From contig CM052816.1 of NCBI GenBank assembly GCA_028534125.1, forward strand, positions 66,652,001-66,716,000: DNA of 64,000 nucleotides. The letters run 5' to 3'. Both the position numbers and the translations under genes were made by a program. This document shows, piece after piece, positions 12,040 through 23,560 of this stretch. Below the pieces are notes generated by a model. It saw nothing but the letters and a program-made list of their open reading frames with translations. It was not told the origin of the DNA and did not search any database. Within the stretch, counting starts at the first letter, position 1. Each line of letters opens with the position of its first letter. The DNA is from Lama glama (taxonomy: Eukaryota).

Positions 12040-13810
12040 ATGTAATGAATGACTTTAACAAAATTTTAAAAATTTAGGTGAAATGGACATAACCCTTGAG
12101 AAAGAAGTTTTAAAACTAAAGAAAATATCATTGAAATAGTCTTATATTTGTTAAATATGTTAAACATTTTAAAACCTCCCAAAGAAACTCCAGGTTCAAA
12201 TGGCTTCACCAGTGAATTATTTTAACATTTAAGGAAGAGGGAACATTCATCTTACATAAACTATTTCTGAGAATGTAAAAAAGGAACCTCCTCATCTTGT
12301 TTTATCACATAAACAGAGATGCAAAATTTCTAACAAAATATTAGCAACTCAAATTCAAGAATATATGCAACAAGTTCGGTTCTTCTCAATACAAAAAGAT
12401 TGTTTTAAAATTCAAAAACCAGTTAGTATTTTACCACATAACAACAACAAAAGGGCAATATTGATAAAACCCAACAGCCATCCATGATAAAAACAAAAGA
12501 AAGCAAAACTCTTAGTTCACTTGGAGTAGAAGAAAACTTCCTTAAGTTGATAAAATAAGTATCTCTAGAAATCTTGCAGCAAACACAATCCTTGATATTG
12601 CATTATTAAACTCTTTTATGCTATGATAGGAGACAAAACAAGGTACTCATTATTATCACTTCTATTCAGCATTGTATTACACTAGTCCTAGAGCTAGAAA
12701 ATGAAATAAAAGAAGAAAAGAATAAAGCCAGTCTTTAGTCACTCTCAATGATAGTTGATGTAAAAAAATGATTAAAAAATTAGAAAAAGTGAATTAAGCA
12801 ATTTTGGTGGGTACAAGGTTAACATACAATTATCAATTAAATTTCTATATTATAGCAACAATATGTAGAGAATTAAAGTAAAAAATTTTAAGTTCAAAAA
12901 AATCTAAATCTAAGAATATAGCTAAAGAAAACTGCGTAAGATCTCAACACAAAAAAGCATAAAACCTTATTAAGAGAAATTAAAGAACTAAATAAATGAA
13001 AAGGCTGGCATGTTTATGGAATTAAAGAACTTATACTGTTAACTTGTCAGGTTTTTTCCCCAAATAGATCTATATAATAAATACAACCACAAATGAAAAT
13101 CTTGTAGACTTTGAGGGTAAAATTCAGCAAGCTGATTCTAAACTTTATATGAAAATACAAAAGGTCAAAAATGCTTGAGACTATATTGAAGGAAAAGAAC
13201 AATGGTGCATGACTCATTCTACCAGATGTCAAGACCTATTATAAAGCTACAGTAATTGTGACAATATGGAAGTGGCATAAGGATGGACAAATAAACCATG
13301 GGGATAAAATAAACAATCAAAAAAATAGACCAAAATCTAAACAGAGACTTGATTTATGACAAAGGTGGAATTGCAAAGCAGTGAGGAAACATGACATTGG
13401 GCCAACTGAATTACTAAATGGAAAAATGTAACTCTAGACCCCTAATCTCACACAATATGTAAAAATCAATCCTAGGTTAGCTGTAGATCTCAGTGTGAAA
13501 AGTAAAACAAGAAAGCCTCTTATGGTAAAATCCAGAATGCCCTTATGGCCTTACACTAGGCAAAAATGTCTTAAAGGGAAAATCAAAAGCACTAAATAAA
13601 AAAGAAACTATCAGAATACTGGAGTAAGAACTTGTATTTGTTGAAATACACCATTAAGAGAAGTGAAAACACAGGTTACTGAGTGGGGTCAGATATTTAT
13701 AATCTATAATGCCAATAAAGCTCATATCAATAAGAATAGCACAATACATTTAATAAAAAAGTATCCATCAATAGTCATCTGGAATGCATATTAAAGCCAC
13801 ATTGAGATAC
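12040..13810 (+). mobile_element. Old, degenerate L1M ORF2 fragment, sense
   Basis: aaactccaggttcaaatggcttcaccagtgaatt; acagagatgcaaaatttctaacaaaatattagcaactcaaattcaag; caagacctattataaagctacagtaatt. Confidence 0.9.
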
Positions 13811-16544
13811 ATTTTTCTTAAAACCAGAAATTGCCACCAGTTGAGAGACACTGGTTTCCACAACATGGTTTGAACAACATGGAATTCTGCTTTTAAAATG
13901 TACCAGCTGCTTGTATTTGGACAAAGATTTCTTTATCTGTACATGATAACAATATATGCTCAAAGTGTTTTATTTCTACTTTCCATTTTATAGGCTAGTC
14001 TCAGAAGTCAAGTTCTATTTTTTGGATGTTTTGAAATGAAAAAAAAAAAAATCCACCCTACATTCCAGGCAATTGACAGAAGAAGGGATTTAACATTTGA
14101 AAAACACGTGTTAAAACTTGTGGCCAGGTTGTGACTCTAACTCAACCAACATATGTTACGTAGTTCTTATTTATGGACTAATGTGAAAATATATTCAAAA
14201 ACTTGTCATTATAGTGTTTAACCAGCTAATCTTAACTTTGATATGTTAACATAAAATGATGCTTGGGCCAGAGATCCTCCTATGTTGCTTTTGTTTCTTT
14301 TTTGGATATTTTAGTTAATATGTAATATTTATCTCATATATATTCACAAATACATAACATGCAAGTGCCTAGTAGAATATTTAACATATAGATAATCTTG
14401 TGTTTGTAGATATAGAAATTAAATTACTGATTTTGAGAGCCTGAACTCCATTATTGAAGCATTTGCTAATTTTAAAACAATTTAAAATTTTCAAGGTCTC
14501 ACAAATTTCATTCTTTTTTCATTTTGATCCTTGTGTAAAACTTAACAACTCTTGATTTTCATTTTGAATGTATCATGAATGCCTAGGGATAAACTATTTT
14601 ACACGTTGCCTTAGGAGTGAAGGGGTCTGCGGTAGGAACGTATGATTATGTGGAGAAATACCACCGATTACTGGAAATCCTTGGAAACTACCAAGAATCC
14701 TAATAACCTGAGAGCTTCCCCTCTCTGTGAAGGTCGTCCAAAAGTTATATGCAGTAGACTTTCCATTGGGACACTGCTTCAGAGAGAAAATGGGTTTTGA
14801 AATCATGTAAGCAACCTTGGTTTTAAATGGAGACTTTCTACTTTGCATTTGTATGACATTAGGAGAGCTGTTAATTTCTTGGAAGGTCGAGGTATTCATC
14901 AATTAAATCTGGATATTATATATTATTTATTCTTTTAGGAGTTAAAACAATACATGGGAAATACACAGAGCTGTACCTGATATATGTAAATATGGAATAA
15001 GTATAAACGTTCTTCCTTACTCTCCCCTGTCCACTTGGATAATCCTTGTAGCCCTAAAAGGTATTTTGCATCCTGGCTCTACTCCTCTTCTTTAATAGTC
15101 ATTCCTCAAACTCTTCCTTTTTTTTAGCTTGCCGTGGGAGTTCCCTTCCTTTCAGCTTTTAAAAATTAACATAGATGAAGGGAGTGGATTGTCTGTCTAC
15201 TTCTTCCAAATTGCTTGTACTAATTTCCCCTTCCACTGACAAATAGCTGTATGTTCCTTTAATGTGAAATTCGCTTTGGTTTCCTTATTTTTTCTAAAAG
15301 TTAATGTGTTCCCTGCAAGGCGTTGTGTGATTTTTAACCCCTTGGTATTTCAGCAGTATTTACACCAGCTAAGGACGAGTTCTGCTGTTACTTATTTTCC
15401 TTTCTACATGGAAGCTCCGCGTTGTGGAAGGCCTCCAAATTGACTTGCTGAGATACCAAGTGGCCCATAGGACAACCCAGCCACGGATGTCTTGCTGTCT
15501 CGGTAAGCCTTGATGTCTTCACTTAAGGAAACTAGACTGGCTTCCTTAAACTCATGGTTCCAAGATCTAATTCTCACAAATCATCATTCCTCTCAGCAAC
15601 ACAAGTTGGTGGGCAGAGAACACATTGGTTGTGCAATGAGACATCAAACCAAAAATATTCCAGGTGATTCAGTAAGGAGTATACGACAAAAGAGTCTTAA
15701 AATGACTCTGTATTTTAAAGCTAAGCTTCATATTGTTTTTAAGAGAAGAACATAGAAGAGAACATTTTTGCCTAATTACAATTTGCCTGTAGCTCGATGT
15801 TACCACTGTGGGTGTTTGCAACAGTGGCTCCACGCCTCTTTTGCTGCCAGCCCCTGGGATACTTGGCTTCTTATACCAAACTCTTTTGGGGGGCATATAA
15901 GTAAAGCAATGCCTTGAGGAGCACACGCATCAATTTAAGAAATCCATGGAAATGTTTATTTTTAAGCCAAAATATATTTTGTTCAAATAGTCAAAGTAGT
16001 TATTTTCAAATAAGCACAATGAAAGAGATAATGGCTACACTTTATTATGTAAGAAAAGCAAAAAAAAAAAAAAAAGAGCCAAAAATATGAGTTTTAGGAA
16101 CTGGGATTCATTTCTCAGGGGTATCTGTCTCAACTGCTTAATTGTCAAAGGAAAAAACTGCATTTAAGCCAGTTTGCCCAAATCTGACAGGAATCTTTAA
16201 AGGCTGTTTTGAAGTAAACTTTATATTGAGCAAATTTCAGAAACAACCTCATGAAAAATATTTCGGGAAGTATGGAATAAGGTGATTTTCTTTTGGTACT
16301 AAATAGTACTTTGCTGACCAAGTGTGGTATTTTCTGAGATACTGCAAAGTTATCTGCCTTCTCAACAAGCACACCTTTGTACAGGCTACTGAACTGCAGA
16401 TGGAAAATGCCCTAGAGTGACAGTAAAGAACAAATCTGCTACCTGTGCACAAGGTTCCCATGAGGTAACGTAACAGAAAATAGTGGGGAAAGATAGCCCA
16501 GAGTGCTTTGTAACATTGTTTAATTATTATTAATAGTAGTAATA

Positions 16545-16715
16545 ACAACTGCCATTTCTTTCACTTTATATGTAGTATCTCTTGCTCTTTCAATACTTCT
16601 CTAAGGTAAATGTTGGCATTCACAATTTACAAATAAGAAAAAAAGAGACAGAGTGGAGAAATGGCTTCCTGGTAAGCAGCAGAGCAGGATTTGAACCTAA
16701 GACTCTTTGATTTTG
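16545..16715 (-). mobile_element. MIR SINE
   Basis: tttacaaataagaaaaaaagagacagag...gcagagcaggatttgaacctaagactct. Confidence 0.65.
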
Positions 16716-17847
16716 ATGGGCCTTCTCTTTCCACTCTATTGTGCTTCCTACAAATTATATATAAATCATTATAAATCAATATCCCCTCTGTATCATCTTT
16801 ATTATTCACAAATTCTTTTAGACAAATGTCTTTCTCTGTTGCCTCAGCAAGACTCTAGGTCTGGACCAAGCCAACAGCACCTCTTCAGTGAGATCATCAG
16901 AGTTGGCTTGAAGGAAAACTGGTCCTCCAGCCTAGAGGGACAGCATGGAGGAGGCTGCCAGCAATCAGAAGGTGGAGCTTTACCTGCCCTAGACATCACT
17001 CCTCCTTCAGCTTCTGTTTACAAAGGAATGGGGAAATAGGAGGATCACAGTTAGAAAGACACCAGTACAGCCCTTTGAGTCAGCACCAACCCTGGATGAC
17101 CACGTGCTTATGGACTCAACTTCCCTTGAAGTTCTGTGAGCTCATTTATACATCTGTTGTGTGTGGGCACTGTCTTTGCTCAAAGATCTGTTTTTCACTT
17201 GTAGTAGTATTCCATTTGAGTCATCATTGTGCTTTATCTATCCCACTATAATACAATGTTGAATTCATGCAACCAATCTTCCAGAAGGCTGCCATCCAAA
17301 CATTAGAAGAGAAATTGGATTATTGTTGTTTTCTTTTTTTTTTTCTCTTGAGTGCCAAAGGCATACTGACTCTTACATTCAACTGAAGTACACTCTGTAT
17401 TAGAGATGACTAATTTTTCAAAAGGGTAACCAGATTTCAGACCTTATTCTATTGCTCACAAAAGTTAGCAATAATCAGGTGGAAAATGTTGGCTAGTTTA
17501 AAGATCAGCACAAAAAAAGATGAACTGTCGTTTTTAAAAGTTCCTTTCCTTAAACACAATTATACCACTAGCAAAATACTGCAGCAAAGACTTTGAAAGA
17601 GATGAGAAATAGAAGAGGAATATCAATTCAGTGTCACTTTGAGTCCAAAAGCTGAGGTACAGCAATCTGTCAAGTCTTCCAGGGTTGCAATGGGACATAC
17701 TAAACTGAGGAATAGGGGCTGCTTCTCTGTCATTTACCTTGTCTCAATATCAGGAATTTCCAAATTTGCCAAGTCCTATTACTAATTTTACTTTTATTAT
17801 TTTATTTTGGTTGTGTTTGCCTTCCTTTGGAGAGGTCTTTTTTAATC

Positions 17848-17943
17848 TTTTTTTTTTTTTTTTAATGGAGGTGCCAGGGATTGAACCCAGGGCCTCATGC
17901 ATGCTAAGCACGCACTTTACCACTGAGCTATACCCACTCCCCC
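17848..17943 (-). mobile_element. tRNA-derived SINE (camelid Vic-1-like), short form with poly(A)
   Basis: Reverse strand ggggagtgggtatagctcagtggtaaagtgcgtgcttagcatgcatgaggccctgggttcaatccctggcacctcc plus A-tail; A and B boxes; degenerate TSD agag(g/a)tctt..aatct. Confidence 0.9.
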
Positions 17944-19349
17944 ATAGAGATCTTAATCTGAAGCAAATGATTTTTGTGTTAGTGGAGTTGGGAGTGGTAA
18001 GCCATGATGACTGGTCTTGTCTCCTCCTTTAAGTATTTGTTTGTGAATTAATGTTTAACTTTACTTGGAGCTGCATTAGTGGGATAACCCCAGTGTTAGA
18101 AGGAGAAATGGAATGAGCAGAGCTCAGTTGCTAGTTCCAGAATTTCAATGAAGTGTTTTCCTTTTAGTTAAGTTCCCATTTTCAATGAAAACTGTAAAAT
18201 GCACAAAATGTCCAACTAGGAAGGCTTTTTAGACTCTCACATCAAGCTTCAGAGAAAACATTTTGTTAAACTGTATTTCATGATCTGACAATAAGAGGTC
18301 GAATGACATGACTCCAAATATAGCTTCTATCAAAATTTTGACCTGACTAGGAGATTCCTGGTTGTAGCTGATGGCCTATTTAGAGGCAGAGAATCAGTCA
18401 AGAGTGGAAGACAGTGGTTCCTTAGAATCTGCTCTTACAGCATTTGATCAGTTTGCGTCTTTCGTGACTCTCACCCTGCTAGTGCATCAGTCTTGCTGTG
18501 AAGCCTTTAAAAGTGCAGATATTAGTTGTTACATCCTCACCACTCGCTCCAAATCAATCTTGATGTTACTTCAGTAGACCAAGGGCAGGATTTGAGGGAT
18601 TTCTGTTTTAAAGAAATCTGTAGCTAATTCTGGTTGTCAGCCAATTTGGATTTTGGTTTGATCACTCTAGCCGTGTGATACTGGGCATATCTTTTAACTT
18701 CTGTGTACTCTAATTTCTTCATCTGGATTACATGGGCTAATGCAGATTAGGTAATAAATTATTATATTAGAATATGTAAATATAATTTAAAGGTAGTTTA
18801 AACAATCATTTGGCTCATGATTTTAGTCTTATCAACTTTATCTCTAGTATTCGTAGTAACAGTTGCACCCAAGTTTACAGAGTGAGTGTGGTTAGTTACC
18901 TTCAGAACTAGGAAAATAATGAATTATATCCCATCCACAATGCAGTGGAGGGGAAACCTTCCCCAGGGATTTCCATCTTAGTCTTACTGTTCACTATTTG
19001 ATGATGCACAAGACTGCACTGTTCACCAGAGCCCAGTGCTTAAACACATAGACTACTGGTGCCTGGGATTCTGTTCAGATTTTACCATTCCCTATGTATT
19101 GCTCTTGTACAAGTTATTTAACCAGATAATCTGACTGAACAGATACTCTATATGTACCATTGTATTCTCAAAAATCATGAAGGAAGCCAAGTCTTCTGGC
19201 CTTGCTGTAAGTCAGTATCTTGCAATTTCTGTTCATTAAGACCCAATAGTTAAGGCTTACTATTAGTTGCTATGACACATTTGCTCCTCAGTATTTTCCA
19301 TTGTTTAATATAGTTTTCAAGTTCCTTATGAAAGATGAGAGTGCTAGTT

Positions 19350-19725
19350 TTCTCTTCTTTGGCCCCTTCCTGAGTCCTATCTCCTTTCATTCTGCACTCT
19401 GCTCTGCCCTGCTCTGTAAACTGATCCCAGAGGACTGGATCCCCTGGCTCCTGTGCCTTCTGCTGCCCTTTAGGTTTGGTAGTGGGTGACATCAGCAGGA
19501 AATGAGAGTGTCTTCTACAGCCAAAGCTTCTGTCACATGGCATTTCCATCTCTGACAGGATTTGATAACTCTTTTCTCATCTAATCACATTAGATCGGGG
19601 GTTGGCAATGGCTTCCTGTTGGTGCTAGTTATGGGTTATTCATCATGTATGACTAGTTTCCTCACCACACTCACATATTAGGATAAATCTTTAGAGTATG
19701 CCATTAGTTTCCTTCTCAGACTGAT
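19350..19725. mobile_element. ERVL/MaLR LTR relic (LTR33/MLT1-like)
   Basis: ctctgctctgccctgctctg...ctcctgtgccttctgctgccctttaggtttgg...cagcaggaaat. Confidence 0.55.
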
Positions 19726-20869
19726 AAACGACAAACGTTGTCCTTTATTCAAAGCACTGTCTTGGCATCCTCCTGGACACAAGAAAGGAGATGCTGGCAC
19801 GTTTTCCCTTCCTAATGTTGTCTAAGCCAGTGCAGTCATACGAGTGGGTAGAAACTACAACAGCTTGGAGCATCATGTCTTACCAGTACCTCTGGAAATG
19901 GTTTCCTTCAAAATGTAAGGATGTGGGGGTGCAGTGGAGGGTGTGGGGGTGAGATAACCGGGGAGAGGATGGTTAGTGAGTGATGTAGCTCTCTGTGTAC
20001 AAAGGAGAGAAGTCATCACCTACTATCTTCCTCGATACATCCATTTTTCACAACTTGGTCATTAAGGAAACAAGAAAGAAACTGCAAAGACATGCTTGCT
20101 GCCATTTAGCAGACATATATATGTTAGGTAGGTCTTCATTCAGGGGGATATTTGGTCTGTTCACTTCCTATATGACTCTCTGTCATCTTCTATATATGCC
20201 TATGCTTACAATGTGTCAATGTAGTGCTTCAGCATCTTTAAAGAATTAGTTTTACATACTAATAAAGATTCTTTTTTCTGGTAAGCAATTTAAAAGTGAG
20301 CTGTCTTTATCATGTAAATTCTAAAATACATCAGGCCAATAATTATTATTAGGCTATTTGACATGCATTAATACACACTGGAGTGATATAATCTTTATGT
20401 ATGTTCCATTCCCTTCCAAGTATAAATCAGATCTTGTGCTGTGTTAGTTGGTCCATATGGAAGTGTATGCTTCAGCTCCAGATTTGGATGTGGAAGCACA
20501 ATCTATTCCAAACACAGGGTGAACATCTGCCCATGAAATTTATAAGCATGTGCATTTCAGCCACAAGGAATGGCCGGGACAGACCATATGGACAGTTGAT
20601 GGAAAAATGTTTTTTGAGAAATAATAGTACAGGCAAAGAGGACACTAGATACTTGAGGAATTTAACATTAAGATGAACTAGGAATAATTTACGGACAGAT
20701 CTGAGTGCTGTTCTCTACAGTTTAAGATTGCAGTAGCAGAAGCAGCCAGCTCTAACAGAGAAATGAGTAAGTGGTGTATAACGATTACTACTTATTTCCT
20801 TTGTTATACAGATACCTGTGCTTCAAAGATGCAAAGAAGCAACACCAAGAAACCTGATACTGTGTTCCT

Positions 20870-21500
20870 TAGGCAACAGGGAGCCATTAAGTATCTTGAA
20901 GTAAGGGAGAAACTTGATCTCTGCTGTACTTTACAAACAATTATTTGGAATGGCGGGTAGGATTTATTGAATGGAGGATATTCTGGATGGGGAGATCAAT
21001 TAGGGCATTGTCGCAGTGACTCAGGCATTTGGTAATGAGTGCCTGAATAAAACACTGTGGATGGAATTAACTGTGTGAAGAAGAAAAGGTGGACTGTGTG
21101 AAAGAAGAATTAACCAACTATGAAGCTGTGTGCGGTGACTTGGGTCTAGGGCGAGGAAGAGGCCAAAATCTTTATCTCTATGGTTTGAACAGTGTCCAAT
21201 GAAGGAAACTGAAATAATGAAGAAGAGGTGGGGGGAGATTGAGGAGACAGTGAAGATGTTTTCAATCAGCTGAATTTGGAGGTTGCCAATATCTGCTGTC
21301 TATGAAACAGGTGGAAGTTCTGATGTAGAATTTGAAAAAGGATTTGGAGGTATGGGCGGCAACCTGAGAATCATATGCCTCTAGGGGATCTGTTGAAATC
21401 ACCAGAGAAGAGAATACCGGGAGGGAAAAGAAATGAAGTCAGGGTGGAAGAAAAAACTTTCAAGAATGCTTATTGTTTGAGGACTTGAGAGAAAAAGAGC
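20870..21500 (-). mobile_element. L2 LINE fragment
   Basis: taggcaacagggagccattaagtatcttgaagtaaggga... purine-rich antisense L2 pattern. Confidence 0.6.
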
Positions 21501-22402
21501 TTACATTCCATTTTAGGCTTTAGAAGTGCTTCCTCATACATTTGCTAATTTGACCAAGAAGATAACCCTGAGAGGGCAAATGGTGTTAACCCAGAGAAAG
21601 GAATGTTCAGATACTTGAAGTGACTCTCCAAGGGTCTTCCAGTAAGTAGTAGGGCAGAACTGAAATAAAAGGCCCAGATCTTGCCTCTTTAGCCCAGCCC
21701 TTACTATGCTGCCTTCATCTTTAAAGGAGGCTTTTCCAATGGTACTTCTTGGAGTCTCTGCAAGTTGCTGTAAAACTCCCTCCCAAAGTCCTCCCTGAGT
21801 GGAGGAGGCCTGGTGAGAGAGGAGAGGCCAGGGGGACTGAGCTCAGTGCTATTTCAGTCGGGTGAACTCTGCCTATACACCAAACTTTCACCTAGTATTT
21901 CATTTGTCTGTGAGGTCCCGCCAAAATCAGATGCAAAAACAACAAGCTCAAATATTCCTTGACGTCAGCAAACTATCTCTAAGTACAGTAACTCACCTTC
22001 TCAGTAAGATTCATGTTATTCTGTGAAAACTTTTATTTACCTCTGGAGAGGTATTCGCTAACCAGGAAAAAAAAAAAGAGGGCCTTTTTTATATTATTTG
22101 GGCTTCTTGTATTGTGTTGTTTTAAAACAGTATATGGGAGGTGGCTTCAAGTCTGAGTGGTAGGATATATTTTTCTAAGAGGGCATAGCATGGCCTCTTA
22201 ATAGTTGGAAAGAGTTTCCTTGTTAATTTCAACACCTAATTCAACACTAGAAGAGAGAGAATTTTTGGATGTAAAAATCATACCTCCCCAAAGGATTTTC
22301 AAAAGGATGAAAAAATACAAACACACACAGGATCATTTAAGTCGCTTCCCTGGAATGCATAAAATGCATTTTGAGTTTTGCTAGGTTTCTCACTTTTTCG
22401 TT

Positions 22403-22430
22403 TGTGTGTGCGTGTGTGTGTGTGTGTGTG
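22403..22430. repeat. (TG)n microsatellite with one CG interruption
   Basis: Visible. Confidence 0.9.
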
Positions 22431-23029
22431 CCTTTTGCATTCTTAGAATTTAGCTTATTCATACTCCTGTGGGGGTTGAGGGTGGAAATTTTGTTGACCT
22501 TCTGCATTCATTCAGAAATCAGCATAGAGAGAAAGTTTGGAGTCTACAGAGACCTAGATTCGAAATATATTCCATTATGCTTAAAAATTTATAAATCTCT
22601 TCCCTTTAGTCATGTGAGTATGTATAAGAGCTCACTCATAGGAATGTAATAGTCAATTAATTATGTAAAAGACCCCAAGAAGCATCAGCTGCATGAATTC
22701 AGGCATCCAACTGTTTTCTAAGGACTGCAAAGCTCTGGATGGAGAGAAAGGATAATAACACTCACCAAGAGCTGAGTACTGGGCTCAGGGCTTGACGGAG
22801 AGGATTTAAGTTGATTCTCCCATCAACATTAGAAAGTAGGGATTATTACCAGGATTTTACACATGGAGATACTGCTATACAGAGAAATGAAGGTACAAGC
22901 CCAAGATAAAATAGGGGACTTGGATTTGATCCCTGATCAACTTTGCTGCAATCCTGCTCTACCAAGTTGCCTCCAAACAGAATCTGAGATTGGTGAACAT
23001 GTGGGGAAAAGTATATCTACTTGATTCTC

Positions 23030-23560
23030 CTGTGTTCCACTCTGGGTTTGATTAGAAAGGAAGAATTGGGAGATGCCTATAACAAGGAGTTTATTATAGG
23101 GATCTGATGTGACTCTGCTGAAGGAGCTGATTTCACAGTCTATGTGAAGCTGTGTCTGGTGCTAAAGCCTGCAGGTCAGAGGGCGGGCAGCAGAGAAGGG
23201 CAGATGGACATGGGGAAGTGAGGTCAAGCTGAAACCTGCAAGACTGAGCTCAAAGCCACAAGGATGGACTGGAACTTCGGTTAGAGTCTCTTCGCCTCCA
23301 AGTCCCCAACTTTGATGATGGCGGTATGCTACAGGAGGAGCTGGTTGAGCTTCATCACAAAGCTACACAAGGACCTGACCTGAAGGAGGAAACTTGGCAG
23401 GGGCCACAGGAGCTGTGAATCCAGCTGCTGTGTCTCCTAAACAGAAGAGCCCTCAAGAAACAACACTAGCAGCTAGGAAGCTGCTTCTTTACCTGACCTT
23501 TCAAGTCTTACACAAAACGCTCCGTGTGCCCCATGCTAACATGGAACTTGCAGCAACAGG
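23030..23560. mobile_element. ERVL-class LTR relic (MLT2-like)
   Basis: gagttttattatagggatctg...gaaggagctg...aagtgaggtcaagctgaaacctgcaagactgagctcaaagccacaagg. Confidence 0.45.

Larger units (their letters stand above)
976..16464 (+). pseudogene. Candidate decayed multi-exon gene of unknown identity (unitary pseudogene or spliced lncRNA). Exon-like segments: 976-1019, 1083-1155, 4411-4472 (or 4490), 5258-5357, 5720-5823, 11696-11753, 14615-14806, 15410-15502, 15793-15900, 16191-16281, 16385-16464
   Basis: Mostly pyrimidine-tract+AG acceptors (weak at 16191; CAT at 15407-15409) and GT donors, several GTAAG-type (AAG|GTAAGT at 1155, TAT|GTAAGT at 5823, TAC|GTAAGT at 11753, CAT|GTAAGC at 14806, TCG|GTAAGC at 15502), all in non-repeat DNA; one continuous frame with scattered stops. 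Confidence 0.45.

Noticed and set aside
11696..14703. Resemblance of PTDLIRNVNNFLRVKGSAVGTYDY to IL-2 (PRDLISNIN..LKGS); other relic pieces faintly recall GLYAT, RGS22 or B30.2 domains
   Set aside because: Short, mutually incompatible similarities; exon phases and sizes do not match those genes, so no gene symbol assigned
20811..20900. Strong acceptor tttcctttgttatacag with donor GAA|GTAAGG
   Set aside because: The 3' half and donor fall within an antisense L2 fragment, and it starts only 44 nt after the previous donor
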